Source of the DNA: Gemmatimonadales bacterium
GTDB taxonomy: Bacteria > Gemmatimonadota > Gemmatimonadetes > Gemmatimonadales > GWC2-71-9
Length of the DNA: 64,000 nucleotides
Direction of reading: 5' to 3'
NCBI GenBank assembly: GCA_039794085.1
Contig: JBDIWC010000004.1
Location: 32,001 to 96,000, forward strand
In this document: positions 34,797 through 45,051 of the stretch, one piece after another
Layout of the letters: every line of letters starts with the position of its first letter
How positions within the stretch are numbered: the first letter of the stretch is position 1
Notes under the pieces: generated by a model
Databases searched by the model: none
Told to the model about the DNA's origin: nothing
The model's input: the letters and a program-made list of their open reading frames with translations, nothing else
Translations under genes and position numbers: made by a program

Positions 34797-35942
34797 GTGA
34801 CCCGAAACTGCCATCCCACTGCCTCGATTCCCTCCCCCGGGCGGCCCCCCGCCCTCGTCACGGCTCTGGCGGGAGCAATTCTCCTTGTTTCCGGTGCCTG
34901 CACACCCTCTCGGCAACAGGTGGCCCCGGAGGTCACCTTCGCCGACACGCCCGACACCATCGACACCAAGTACTCGGCGGTACCCGAGGCCGCGTGGGTG
35001 GGCGGCCAGAGATGGGTCATTGTGTCACCGGAGTACGAGGAGGCCGTGCGCGTGGACTTCTCCAACCGCTCGGTCACCCCTCTCGGCACGCCCTCGGAGT
35101 ACCGGAACCCGGCGGGTGTTTTTGCCGTGGGCGACACGGTGGTGCTGGCTGATTGGGGTCTCCAGAGGTTCACCGTGTGGGGACCGGGTGACGAGCTTCT
35201 GGCTGCGATCCCGGTTCCTGCGGAAACCCGCGGCGCGATGCCACGGGCCCGCGACGCAGCGGGACAATACTACTTCGAGCTCCGTCCCGCCCCCGGTCGT
35301 TCCGGGGAGGGAAACCTCGATTCCGCAGCCATCATCCGGTCTTCCCCCGATCTGGCTCGTTTCGACACGGTCGCCTGGCTGGCGCCGTTGGATGTGCAGC
35401 AGGTCCAGGGACAGGCGGGGGCGCGGTATGAGCGCATGGTCTTTTCCGGGGTGGATCGATGGGGGGTCCGGCCGGACGGATCACTGTGGATCGCGCGCAT
35501 TCACTCGAACCGGATCGTCTGGCATGACCCCTCGGGTGACCGGAAGCGGGGGCCGGCCCTCCCTGACCCGGTGTGGGAGGTCACCGCCGCCGACCGGGAT
35601 TACTTCCTCCAGCAGTTCCCCGAGGAACTCCGGTCCACGGCGGATGCCCTCCCCTTTGCGCTCGTCAAGCCGCCCTTCGAACAGGCCCTCGCCGATGCCG
35701 AAGGACTCATCTGGTTGCAGAAGAGTCGCCCGCTGCTCGACAGCCTGCGGCGCTTCCAGGTCGTGGGACGAGATGGCCGGGTGGACCGGGTCGTTCTCCT
35801 GCCCGGCAATGGCCATCTGGTGGCCCTGGGTGACACCCTGGCCCTGGTGGTCGAGCAGCATCTCGGGGGGCTGCGTCTTCTGCAGTTGCGGATCCCCGCC
35901 GTTCGACCTCCCGTTGATTCGGGAACGGGAGGCGGGTCCTGA
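34797..35942 (+). CDS. Lipoprotein, probable beta-propeller
   Basis: Lipobox-like VSGAC; repeated beta-strand blocks; start approximate. Confidence 0.65.
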   Translation: MTRNCHPTASIPSPGRPPALVTALAGAILLVSGACTPSRQQVAPEVTFADTPDTIDTKYSAVPEAAWVGGQRWVIVSPEYEEAVRVDFSNRSVTPLGTPSEYRNPAGVFAVGDTVVLADWGLQRFTVWGPGDELLAAIPVPAETRGAMPRARDAAGQYYFELRPAPGRSGEGNLDSAAIIRSSPDLARFDTVAWLAPLDVQQVQGQAGARYERMVFSGVDRWGVRPDGSLWIARIHSNRIVWHDPSGDRKRGPALPDPVWEVTAADRDYFLQQFPEELRSTADALPFALVKPPFEQALADAEGLIWLQKSRPLLDSLRRFQVVGRDGRVDRVVLLPGNGHLVALGDTLALVVEQHLGGLRLLQLRIPAVRPPVDSGTGGGS

Positions 35943-36005
35943 TTGGCCGTCGTTTCCTTTGAGTCCCTCGGACCGTGCCCTCGGAATGAGCGTCTGCCCG
36001 GCTTG

Positions 36006-36047
36006 GTCCTCTGTCCTGCGTCCTCAGCCCTCTGTCCTCTGTTCTTC
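36006..36047 (-). repeat. Degenerate AGGAC-type heptamer array overlapping the CmpX-like stop
   Basis: gtcctct gtcctgc gtcctca gccctct gtcctct on the + strand. Confidence 0.75.
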
Positions 36048-36773
36048 TCCTGAAGTGTGCTTTTCCCCAGGGCCCGCCTCGGCCTCCAGGGGGGGCGTCG
36101 GCTTGGCCGATTGCGGCGACACCTGGCTGTTCTCGTACCACCGCCGCGTGACTTCGCCCGCCAGATCCCGGTTTCCCAGCCCGAAGGCCAGCCCGGCGGC
36201 GAGGGCCACCGCGCCCAGGATCAGCGTGAACGCCGAGGTGACGATTTCCTCCGCCACGCCGAGTTGCTGCAGGGCCATGAAGATTGCAATCGTCACCACC
36301 GCGATCTTGGCCACCTTGGCCAGCAACGGTACACCCTCCACCGATCCGGCCGAGGCCAGGATGAGTCCGCGGAGAAACTCGCCCACGATCATCCCCAGGA
36401 TCACGATCACCACGGCGGCGATCAAGGTCGGGATGTAGGTGAGAATGATCCCGAACATCTCGTTGATGCTCTCCAACCCCAGCGCCGTGCTGGAAAGGAG
36501 AATCACCATCAGCATGACGAGCCAGAACAGGAGGGTGCCGATGGCATGCGCGGGATCGAGGCGCGATCCGGTGCGTCCCACGGCGTCGGACAGCCCCCCG
36601 GCTTCCGCCACCCGGTTGAAGTTGAGCTTCCGGAGCACCTGGTTGGCCCAGCGCTCAATCTGGCGCGCCAGGAAGTATCCGGTGAGCAGGATGGCCGCCG
36701 AGCCGAGGAGGGCGGGGAGGAGGACACCGAGTTGGCCCGCGCCGTCCTGCAGGCGGGCAACGAGTTCGTTCAT
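36024..36773 (-). CDS. CmpX-like / MscS-associated TM-helix repeat membrane protein
   Basis: Duplicated LPxL/YIPTLIAA TM repeats; ALAAGLAFGLG. Confidence 0.82.
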   Translation of the reverse strand: MNELVARLQDGAGQLGVLLPALLGSAAILLTGYFLARQIERWANQVLRKLNFNRVAEAGGLSDAVGRTGSRLDPAHAIGTLLFWLVMLMVILLSSTALGLESINEMFGIILTYIPTLIAAVVIVILGMIVGEFLRGLILASAGSVEGVPLLAKVAKIAVVTIAIFMALQQLGVAEEIVTSAFTLILGAVALAAGLAFGLGNRDLAGEVTRRWYENSQVSPQSAKPTPPLEAEAGPGEKHTSGEEQRTEG

Positions 36774-37804
36774 GTTCTCACCTCGATGACGAGTTTGCCG
36801 AACTGGCCACCCGCGGCCAATCGCTCAAATGCCATCCGTGCGTCCCCCAGGGGGTAGACCCGGTCGACGGGCGGGTGGAGATGTCCGTGTTCAGCCAGGC
36901 GTATCACCTCGCGGAACTCCCGATGGTTTCCCATCGTCGAGCCGAGAAGGGACCACTGGAACCAGAAGAGCTTGCGAATGTCCAGCGAGACCTTCGGGCC
37001 CGTGGTGGCCCCGCAGGTCACCAATCGCCCCATCGGTCGGAGCGCCTTCAGGGAGTGAGCCCAGGTGGATTCGCCCACACTGTCGACCACCACGTCAGCC
37101 CCTGTCTCCGTTTCCTCCCGCACCCTGCGTGCCACGTCGTCCGTGGTGTGGTCCAGAACGATGTCGGCTCCGAGGTGGAGAGCGGCGTCTCGCTTGTGAG
37201 CCGAGGAACTCGTGGCGATGACGCGAGCCCCCGCCAATTTCGCAATTTGCAGGGCCGCAAGGGAGACGCCGCCGCCAATCCCCCAGATCAGGACCGTTTC
37301 GCCGACCCCCACCCGGGCTCGGGTCATGAGCATCCGCCATGCCGTGAGTGTGGCGAGGGGAAGCGCCGCGGCCTGTGCCGTGGAGAGACTCGGACCGATC
37401 GACCGGACATTCGCCTCGGGAACCACGACATACTCCGCCATGGTTCCCTCCCGATGCTCGCCCAGGATCTGGTAGGAGCGGCAGAGAGGACCTTCGTCGG
37501 CCCGGCACTGGTCACAGGTTCCACAGGAGATTCCCGGGTTCACGACGACCCGGTCCCCCTCACGGACGGTGGTGACGCCACTCCCCGTGGATTCCACCAC
37601 TCCCGTCGCGTCGGCCCCGAGAACGTGGGGGAAGGCGTACTCGGCCCGGGGCAGGCCACCGATGACGAAAAGGTCGATTCGATTGAGCGCTGCGGCCTGG
37701 ATCCGGACCCGTACATCGTTGGGACGCTGGAGGTTGGGGAGTGGAACCTCCCGGATTTCAACCCGGTCCAGCCCCCCAAAACCCGTCATGGTGACCGCCT
37801 GCAT
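36770..37804 (-). CDS. Zinc-binding MDR dehydrogenase / quinone reductase-like
   Basis: CGTCDQC..C structural Zn site; WGIGGGVS; FGKLV. Confidence 0.9.
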   Translation of the reverse strand: MQAVTMTGFGGLDRVEIREVPLPNLQRPNDVRVRIQAAALNRIDLFVIGGLPRAEYAFPHVLGADATGVVESTGSGVTTVREGDRVVVNPGISCGTCDQCRADEGPLCRSYQILGEHREGTMAEYVVVPEANVRSIGPSLSTAQAAALPLATLTAWRMLMTRARVGVGETVLIWGIGGGVSLAALQIAKLAGARVIATSSSAHKRDAALHLGADIVLDHTTDDVARRVREETETGADVVVDSVGESTWAHSLKALRPMGRLVTCGATTGPKVSLDIRKLFWFQWSLLGSTMGNHREFREVIRLAEHGHLHPPVDRVYPLGDARMAFERLAAGGQFGKLVIEVRT

Positions 37805-37963
37805 CGACGCCATCCGGCACCTCAGCTTTGACCGAAATGGAAGAACCGCTTGCACAAGTGACTCCAGAATGCAAGATATAAGGGATCCCCACACGAAGGC
37901 GCCTGGGGCGCCCTCACCATCGCGGCTGGATTCGCCGCGTCTCGCCCGTACGGAGGAGCTAGC

Positions 37964-38413
37964 ATGGCTGAGTTCCGCGATCTCGAGATGGGTTGGTCTG
38001 GAGCAGGTTGGATGGAGCCGATCCCGTCGGCATCCCCGGTCCCCCCGGCCCCCCCGCCACCTCCCGCGTCGTCGCCGCCCCCGCCGAAGGCCCCGGACGC
38101 CCCCGAGGCCAAGCCTGTGGCACCTCGACCCGCTGTGAGCGAGACCCCCCCGCCGAAAAAGGTGGCCCGGACTGCCGGGAAGGCGGCGAAGAAAACCGCG
38201 AAAAAAGCGGCCAGCGGGGTGGCCAAGGCAAAGAAAGTCGTTCGGAAGGCCGCCAAGAAGGTGGTGAAGAAGGCGGCACGGAAGGCCACCAAGGCGAAGA
38301 AGGTTGTGAAGAAGACCGCGAAGAGGGCCGTGAAGAAGGCGGCCAAGGCGAAGAAAGTGGTCCGGAAGGCCGCCACGAAGGCCGCTCGGAAGAAACCCGC
38401 GCAGAAGAAGTAG
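37964..38413 (+). CDS. Histone H1-like Lys/Ala-rich protein
   Basis: GGAGGAG SD; Pro-rich linker then KAAKKVVKK repeats. Confidence 0.85.
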   Translation: MAEFRDLEMGWSGAGWMEPIPSASPVPPAPPPPPASSPPPPKAPDAPEAKPVAPRPAVSETPPPKKVARTAGKAAKKTAKKAASGVAKAKKVVRKAAKKVVKKAARKATKAKKVVKKTAKRAVKKAAKAKKVVRKAATKAARKKPAQKK

Positions 38414-38494
38414 CGAACCGGGCGAACCCCTCCCCCCCCCCGGCCATCCGCCGCGGGTTGGGGAGGAGGGGGCACGGCTCGTTTTCGATTCCTT

Positions 38495-39400
38495 ATGCCT
38501 CTCGATGTTTGCCGCAGCCTCACCAAGGCACTGTGTCTCCTCCCCTCCCGGCCGGGTTTGCTTGTGGCCCGGTCGGTCGGCGGGGGCGTATGCGGTCGCG
38601 ATCTGGTCGGCGAGACCCGCCGAGAGATTGAACGCCTCCAGTCCGGTTTCCGCCCCGATGGCAGCGTGGAACGGGATCTCCTCGCCACCACGCGAGGGGT
38701 TCAGGAACTCCTCGACCTCGGCGTTCCCACCGGCGATCCCACGGTGCGGCATGGGGTGCGGTGGCTCTGCGAGCAACAAGGGTCCGAGGGGGCCTTTGGA
38801 CAAGGGTGCACCGCGGAGCGTCACCGGCACCACTCCTGTGAGCACTTCGTGGCGTCTTTCTTCAGCCCGGCTCGATCCACCATTCGCATCACGCCGCTGA
38901 CCCTTCCGTGGGGACGCACGATGAGGTCCGAGACCGCGGCACGGTTTGCGCTGAGTTGTTTCGCTCTTCAGGTGGTGCTGCGAACCGGGGCCTGGAATCG
39001 TTCGGTCGAGCGCCATCTGGACAGCCTGCCGGCGCTGGAACGGGAATGGGAGCGCTGGTCGGGGTTTCTCCCACCCGATCTGGCGTTCTCCTCCCTGGGA
39101 TGCCTGGCGCTTTCTCCGGCGCATCGTCCGCACACCGATGCCCTTCTCGAGACAATCGCCCGGCGGCAACAGATGGACGGCGGTTGGCCCGAGGTGGATC
39201 CGTTTCATGCCCTGGTGGGACTCCTGCCCTGCCGGGAGCACCCGGTGGCCATGAGGTGCCTGGAGGCCTTGGCGCCGCTCGTCGGGGATCAGGTGCGGCC
39301 CGATGGCCTCGTGGGTGGTGCGGCCAGCCTCGAGCGTTCCTGGCTTGTCTGGGACGCATGGTGCCGACCGCGGGGGAGTGCCCCGACCGGCGGAGCCTGA
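38495..39400 (+). CDS. Hypothetical protein (prenyltransferase/squalene-cyclase-like repeats)
   Basis: WLCEQQGSEGAF, RRQQMDGGW, QVRPDG resemble QW repeats. Confidence 0.55.
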   Translation: MPLDVCRSLTKALCLLPSRPGLLVARSVGGGVCGRDLVGETRREIERLQSGFRPDGSVERDLLATTRGVQELLDLGVPTGDPTVRHGVRWLCEQQGSEGAFGQGCTAERHRHHSCEHFVASFFSPARSTIRITPLTLPWGRTMRSETAARFALSCFALQVVLRTGAWNRSVERHLDSLPALEREWERWSGFLPPDLAFSSLGCLALSPAHRPHTDALLETIARRQQMDGGWPEVDPFHALVGLLPCREHPVAMRCLEALAPLVGDQVRPDGLVGGAASLERSWLVWDAWCRPRGSAPTGGA

Positions 39401-39404
39401 CCTC

Positions 39405-40130
39405 TCACATCCCGGCGACGGCCCGGACAATCCACCAGACGCCGATCAGAATCCCGGTACCCCCGATCGCCTGACTCACCCGACGGCCCAGAGAGAGGGA
39501 ATGGGCTCCCGCTCTCCGGATGGCCACGGCGGCCGCGAAGGCGTACAGCGTCATCGCAACCACCACTCCGACCGAGAAGGCGAGGAGGAACCCGATGCCG
39601 ACCCATGGCGATTCGATCAGGGTTACCGGAATGAGTGCGATCGCCCCCGTGGTGCCCGCCAGGCCGTGAAGGAGCCCGACGAGAGTCGTGGCATGGCGAT
39701 GGGGCTGGACGGAGGGACCGTTCCCGGAGGGAGACGGGTTCGGGGTGGCGTGCCGGTGCTCATGCCGCTCGTCGCCGTCGTGATGCACGTGCAGATGCGC
39801 ATGGTTCCCATGTTCCGCGGGGCGGTGCAGATGTAAGTTCCGGGTCGCGCGGATGGCCCAGACCCCGACGAGGATCAACATCACCCCGACCAGGGCCTCG
39901 CCGACAGCGTCCCACTCCGGCGGCCAGCGGAGACCGGTGGCGAGGAGGATCCCCCCGGCCGTGAGGACGGCCAGGGAATGGCCGATGCCCCAGCGCGCGC
40001 CGAATCGAAGAGCGGTTCCCAGGGCCGGCCGGGTGGCCACGAAGGTGGTCACGGCGATCATATGGTCCACCTCCAATGCGTGGAGGAAACCCAGGATGCC
40101 GGCGGTTCCAAGGGAGAGCCAGAGCGTCAT
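39405..40130 (-). CDS. UreH/NiCoT-like nickel/cobalt transporter
   Basis: HALEVDH motif, WGIGHS, His-rich loop, GLLHGLAG. Confidence 0.82.
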   Translation of the reverse strand: MTLWLSLGTAGILGFLHALEVDHMIAVTTFVATRPALGTALRFGARWGIGHSLAVLTAGGILLATGLRWPPEWDAVGEALVGVMLILVGVWAIRATRNLHLHRPAEHGNHAHLHVHHDGDERHEHRHATPNPSPSGNGPSVQPHRHATTLVGLLHGLAGTTGAIALIPVTLIESPWVGIGFLLAFSVGVVVAMTLYAFAAAVAIRRAGAHSLSLGRRVSQAIGGTGILIGVWWIVRAVAGM

Positions 40131-40156
40131 ACCCGTTGTCTCGGTGGAGGAATGCG

Positions 40157-41221
40157 ATGCCCAAGCCCGTTGATCAGAGTACCCGCATTCGCCTGACGTC
40201 GTTTTCCCACGGCGCCGGTTGAGCCTGCAAGCTCGGCCAGTCCGAACTGGCGCAGGTCCTGCGCCATCTCCCCCCGCTCGATCATCCCGCCTTGCTGGTG
40301 GACGCCGCGTCGCACGATGATGCTGCCGTCTACCGGTTGTCGGATGATCGCGCTCTGGTGGCCACGGTCGACTTCTTCACCCCGATCGTGGATGACGCCC
40401 GGACCTGGGGAGCCATTGCCGCCGCCAACGCTCTGAGCGACATCTACGCCATGGGGGCAACGCCTCTCTTCGCCCTGAATCTGGTGGGGTGGCCACGGGA
40501 CACCCTTCCCTTCGACCTGCTGGGCGAGGTGATCGCCGGCGCCTCCGAGGTGGCTCGCCAGGCCGGCTGTCTCCTCGTCGGGGGGCACTCGGTGGATGAC
40601 GCGGAGCCGAAGTTTGGCATGGCGGTCGTCGGAGAGGCCCACCCCGATCGGTTGCTCACCAACCGCGGGGCCCGTCCCGGGGATGTCCTGGTTCTGACCA
40701 AGCCGCTGGGCACCGGTGTGCTCACCACGGCACACAAGCGGGATCTGATCCGGCACGCCGACCTGGCCACGGCGATCGCCTCGATGATCGCACTGAACGA
40801 CACGGCGGCCCGGGTGGCGCTGGCTTACGGGGCCCGGGCCGCCACCGACATCACCGGGTTTGGCCTGCTCGGTCACCTGGGGAACATCCTGACCGGGAGT
40901 GGCGTCGGCGCCGACCTCGCGATCGAGGCGTTGCCGGTGCTGCCGGGTGTGATGGACCTGGTGGAACAGGGTGTGGTGCCGGGGGGGACGCGTCGCAATC
41001 GCGAGGCGGCCACGGGCGTCCGGTGGGACGCCGACATCACCGAGGCCGAGCAGATCCTCTGTGCCGATGCCCAGACGTCGGGAGGGCTTCTCATGGCGTT
41101 CCCTCCCGAACGGGTGGCCTCCGCCCTCGCGGCGCTGGACGACGAAGGGACAATCGCGAAGGCGGTGATCGGACGCTGCACCGCCGAGGTGGGAATCGTA
41201 CAGGTTCGGCGCACGCTGTAA
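40157..41221 (+). CDS. selD: Selenide, water dikinase, selenocysteine form (UACK)
   Basis: GGAGG SD, MPK...RLTSFSHGAG-TGA(40220)-ACKL; DDAAVY, VDFFTP, NALSDIYAMG, TDITGFGLLGH, DAQTSGGLL. Confidence 0.95.
40249..40265 (+). promoter_or_regulatory. SECIS-like hairpin of selD
   Basis: ggcgca-GGTCC-tgcgcc; a competing hairpin gccagt-ccga-actggc lies at 40236-40251. Confidence 0.6.
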
Positions 41222-41232
41222 AGGGGGATGGA

Positions 41233-41448
41233 ATGCGGTGGACACCGGCGGCCATGGACCGCCTGGAGCGAGCCGCCCGGCTCGGAAAGCGCGTCTCGCT
41301 GTCGCGCCGGGGCACCGAGTTCGTGGCGATCGCCCGGGCCATCCGCCTGCGCAGCCGGGGGGAGGAACTGGTGGTGGTCCTCCCGATGACCGGAGAGGAA
41401 CTGACGTTTGCTCTTGAGGAGATTGATGATTTCACCGTGGTGGATTGA
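41233..41448 (+). CDS. Small hypothetical protein (71 aa)
   Basis: SD-like GGGGA; fills the gap in the operon; coding-like codon usage. Confidence 0.7.
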   Translation: MRWTPAAMDRLERAARLGKRVSLSRRGTEFVAIARAIRLRSRGEELVVVLPMTGEELTFALEEIDDFTVVD

Positions 41449-41463
41449 CCGGGAGGGCGTGTC

Positions 41464-42111
41464 GTGACTCCCTCCGACCCCGTGGCCATTCTGCATCTCG
41501 ACGAGAGCTGCCTCGGGAACGGACGGGAGGGAAAGACTCCGGGAGGAGCGGGGGGACTGGTCGAGATCCACCATGGAGGATCCCTCGTCCGGCGCGATTT
41601 TTTCCTGCATGCTCCGGACACGACCAACAACCGGATGGCTCTGGCCGGCGCGATCGCCGCCCTGCAACTCCTCGGAGGAAAGGGGCGCCGTCTGCGGGCT
41701 CTGATCGTCTCCGATTCGGAATACCTGGTCCGGGGGATGCGCGAATGGGTGCCGGGCTGGGTCAGCCGAGGATGGCGCCGGAAGGCCGGTCCGATCGAGA
41801 ACCTGGAACTCTGGCAGGTCCTCGTGGCCACCGCCAAGCTGCATGACGTGTCCTTCTCCTGGGTTCGGGGCCACGCCGGTCACCCCAAGAATGAATACGC
41901 CAACGACCTGGCCGTGGCGGCTGCCCGGGAACAGCGAACCTCGGACGGGCTGGTCGACTCGGGGTTTGCGGAGTGGCTTGCGGGCCAGAGAGAAAGAGGG
42001 AAATACCGGGACATCGACCCCGACCGGAGCTTCACGCTTCTGGAGGCCCGGCTCCAGGGGGGAGATCCGATCCCGCTCGCCTTGGAGGAGTCGGATGCCG
42101 GAGCGCACTGA
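41464..42111 (+). CDS. rnhA: Ribonuclease HI
   Basis: DESCLGN, TTNNRM, SDSEY, NLELW, WVRGHAGHPKNE..D. Confidence 0.92.
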   Translation: MTPSDPVAILHLDESCLGNGREGKTPGGAGGLVEIHHGGSLVRRDFFLHAPDTTNNRMALAGAIAALQLLGGKGRRLRALIVSDSEYLVRGMREWVPGWVSRGWRRKAGPIENLELWQVLVATAKLHDVSFSWVRGHAGHPKNEYANDLAVAAAREQRTSDGLVDSGFAEWLAGQRERGKYRDIDPDRSFTLLEARLQGGDPIPLALEESDAGAH

Positions 42112-42874
42112 ACAGGACCTCCCCGTGGACGACCTGGTCCCCTTCGTCTCGCACCTCGTCACGGTGCCCGGCGTGACCCGGGAGCCGATTCCCCTGGATC
42201 ATCTCGTCAGCGACCTCCTCCCCTACCGGGTCCACCGGAGGGCGCTCGGTGTCGTGTCCCTGGATCAATACGAAGCTCGGCTGCTCCGGCTCTGCGCCGG
42301 GGAGGGCGGATATGCCCGCCTCATTCCCCCCGAGTTGAGCGACGCCTGTCGGGGGGCTCTGGCCGGACCGGACCCCGGGCTCTCGTCGGTGTCCGGACTC
42401 GAAGCCGGGAGACTGCTCCTGCTTGACCGCGCATGGGACATCGGGAATGGACTCCGAGAGCCCGCTCCGCCCCCACTGGCGACGGAACCAGGCCCGCCGC
42501 ACGACGCAGGCGAGACTCCTCGACCCCCGGCGGAGCCGACACCGGTCGCGGAGGCCCCCCTCCCCGTCATCGCACCGTCGAACGAACGGCCCGAGCGGAC
42601 CGCGGCTCCCGACGTCGTCCCCCGCGAACTGGTTGCGCCACCCACACCCGAGTCGGCGGATCAATCGGCCCCAGTCCCGGATCGTCGCTCCACGCCGAGC
42701 ATTTGCCCCTCCTGCCGATTCGTCCTGCCCGACCTCGACACCCTCCGGTTCTGCCCCGGATGCGGCGCAGGCGTGGCTCCGGCCGGGTGCCCCGGGTGCG
42801 GCGAGACGGTTCTCCCGGCCTGGCGCCACTGCCCCTCGTGTGGGCACCGCCTCGGGTCGACCGGTTTGGCCTGA
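42095..42874 (+). CDS. Double zinc-ribbon domain protein
   Basis: C-terminal CPSC, CPGC, CPGC, CPSC; Pro-rich linker. Confidence 0.8.
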   Translation: MPERTEQDLPVDDLVPFVSHLVTVPGVTREPIPLDHLVSDLLPYRVHRRALGVVSLDQYEARLLRLCAGEGGYARLIPPELSDACRGALAGPDPGLSSVSGLEAGRLLLLDRAWDIGNGLREPAPPPLATEPGPPHDAGETPRPPAEPTPVAEAPLPVIAPSNERPERTAAPDVVPRELVAPPTPESADQSAPVPDRRSTPSICPSCRFVLPDLDTLRFCPGCGAGVAPAGCPGCGETVLPAWRHCPSCGHRLGSTGLA

Positions 42875-42894
42875 GCCTCTCGGGCTGCCATAAT
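42866..42894 (+). promoter_or_regulatory. Candidate sigma70 internal promoter before the thiolase gene
   Basis: TTGGCC-17 nt-CATAAT. Confidence 0.45.
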
Positions 42895-42928
42895 TCAGAT
42901 TCCTCGCCGAACCTCTGGAGGTTGGTCC

Positions 42929-44155
42929 ATGGCCCGCTCATCCACTCCACACCTGATCGATGATGTCGTCCTGGTGGCCGGTGCCCGAACCGGGTTCGGG
43001 AGCTTTGGCGGATCTCTCAAGAATCTGTCCGCCACTGATCTTGGAGTGCATGTGGCCCGCGCGGCGCTGGAACGGAGTGGGGCCCGGGGGCGGGACGTGA
43101 ATCACGTGATCATGGGCAACACTCTTCAGACCTCGGCCGATGCGCCGTACCTGGCCCGTCACGTGGCCCTGAAGGCGGGGTGTCCCGTCGAGACCCCGGC
43201 GCTGACCGTGAACCGTCTCTGTGGCTCGGGATTCGAGTCGATCATCCAGGGGGCGCGGCTCATCCAGTTGGATGAGGCGGATCTGGTGATCGCGGGAGGA
43301 GCCGAATCGATGAGCCAGGGGCCACATGTGGTCCGTGGCATCCGCTGGGGTGCCCGGCTTGGCGTGTCTCCGCCCCTGGAGGATCTGCTCTGGTCCGCCC
43401 TCACCGACCAGTACTGTGGCCTCCCGATGGCGGAAACGGCCGAGAATCTGGCGGTGCAGTATGGTCTGACCCGGGTGGAGGTTGACGCGGTGGCGTTGCG
43501 GAGCCAGCAGAACGTGAAGCGGGCCTGGGAGGAGGGACATTTCGGAGATGAAATCGCGCCGCTGACCCTGACCGGCCGGAAGGGTGAGGTGACCTTCACC
43601 GCCGATGAGCACATGCGCCCCGACACCACCGCGGAAATCCTCGCCGGACTCCCTCCGTACTTTCGCACGGAGGGAGTCGTCACCGCCGGAAACGCGTCGG
43701 GCATCGTGGACGGGGCGGCCGCCGTGGTGGTCTCCTCTCGCCAGACCGCGGTGTCGCGGGGATACCCGGTGCTCGGGCATGTGCGCGGTTGGGGGGTCGC
43801 CGGGGTGGAACCCGCCTACATGGGCATCGGTCCGGTTCCCGCCGTGCGCCAGGTGCTCGCCACCACCGGACTCACGCTGGATGACATCGACCTGATCGAG
43901 ATCAACGAAGCCTTCGCCCCCCAGTACCTCGCCGTCGAACGCGAACTCGGACTCGACCGGGATCGCACCAACATCGACGGCGGTGCCATCGCGATGGGTC
44001 ATCCTCTCGCAGCAAGCGGCACCCGCATCACCCTGCATCTGCTGCATGCCCTGCGGCGCACCGGTGGCCGGTACGGAATCGGCTCCGCCTGCATCGGCGG
44101 GGGCCAGGGCATCGCCATCCTGGTGGAGGCCACCCCCGCCTTGGGAGAGAACTGA
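42929..44155 (+). CDS. Acetyl-CoA C-acyltransferase (thiolase)
   Basis: [26 protein letters not shown]. Confidence 0.95.
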   Translation: MARSSTPHLIDDVVLVAGARTGFGSFGGSLKNLSATDLGVHVARAALERSGARGRDVNHVIMGNTLQTSADAPYLARHVALKAGCPVETPALTVNRLCGSGFESIIQGARLIQLDEADLVIAGGAESMSQGPHVVRGIRWGARLGVSPPLEDLLWSALTDQYCGLPMAETAENLAVQYGLTRVEVDAVALRSQQNVKRAWEEGHFGDEIAPLTLTGRKGEVTFTADEHMRPDTTAEILAGLPPYFRTEGVVTAGNASGIVDGAAAVVVSSRQTAVSRGYPVLGHVRGWGVAGVEPAYMGIGPVPAVRQVLATTGLTLDDIDLIEINEAFAPQYLAVERELGLDRDRTNIDGGAIAMGHPLAASGTRITLHLLHALRRTGGRYGIGSACIGGGQGIAILVEATPALGEN

Positions 44156-44157
44156 TC

Positions 44158-45042
44158 ATGGAATCCCTGCTCGCGGTCCTCGCCGCCGTCGTGGCCTACT
44201 CCTTTGCCAGCCTCCGGGTGCTGCGACAGTACGAGCGTGGCGTGGCGTTCTTCCTGGGACGCTACTGGGGCACCAAGGGACCGGGGCTGATCTTCGTTCC
44301 CCTGGGGTTCGCCGTGTTGAGGCGGGTCTCCCTCCGAATCGTGGCGATGGACATTCCCCCGCAAGATGTCATCACCCGCGACAACGTGTCCGTCAAGGTC
44401 AATGCCGTTCTGTACATGAAGGTCAGCGACCCGTCACGCGCCATCATCGAGATCGAGGACTATTCCTACGCCACGAGTCAGCTGGCCCAGACCACTCTCC
44501 GCTCGGTGCTTGGCGAGGTGGAGCTGGATGAGTTGCTGAGCGACCGGGAAAAGATCAACGGCATCCTCAAGTCGATCATCGATGAACGGACCGATGCGTG
44601 GGGAATCCATGTGTCGGCGGTGGAGGTGAAGGATGTGGACCTTCCCGATACCATGAAGCGCGCCATGGCCCGGCAGGCCGAGGCCGAACGGGAGCGACGG
44701 GCCAAGGTCATCGCCGCGCAGGGGGAACTGCAGGCGAGCCAGACCCTGGCCGACGCCGCCCATACCCTGGCCACCGAACCGATGGCGCTGCAGCTCCGTT
44801 ACCTCCAGACCGTGACCGAGATTGCCGCGGAAAACAACTCCACCACCATCTTCCCGGTGCCGATCGAGATGATCCGTCCCTTTCTTCCCGATGCCGCCCG
44901 CCATGCCGGGACTCCCGCCGGGGAGCGCGCCGTGGCCGCCGGGACCTCCGCCGCGATCCTGCCCCAGGTTCGCGTCGGGGAGGCAGCCTCCATGGATGTT
45001 GCGCGTCCCGCGACCACCCGCTCTCGCTCGGGGGACCAGTGA
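44158..45042 (+). CDS. SPFH / stomatin-like (slipin) protein
   Basis: [37 protein letters not shown]. Confidence 0.95.
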   Translation: MESLLAVLAAVVAYSFASLRVLRQYERGVAFFLGRYWGTKGPGLIFVPLGFAVLRRVSLRIVAMDIPPQDVITRDNVSVKVNAVLYMKVSDPSRAIIEIEDYSYATSQLAQTTLRSVLGEVELDELLSDREKINGILKSIIDERTDAWGIHVSAVEVKDVDLPDTMKRAMARQAEAERERRAKVIAAQGELQASQTLADAAHTLATEPMALQLRYLQTVTEIAAENNSTTIFPVPIEMIRPFLPDAARHAGTPAGERAVAAGTSAAILPQVRVGEAASMDVARPATTRSRSGDQ

Positions 45043-45051
45043 GGTCCGTCG

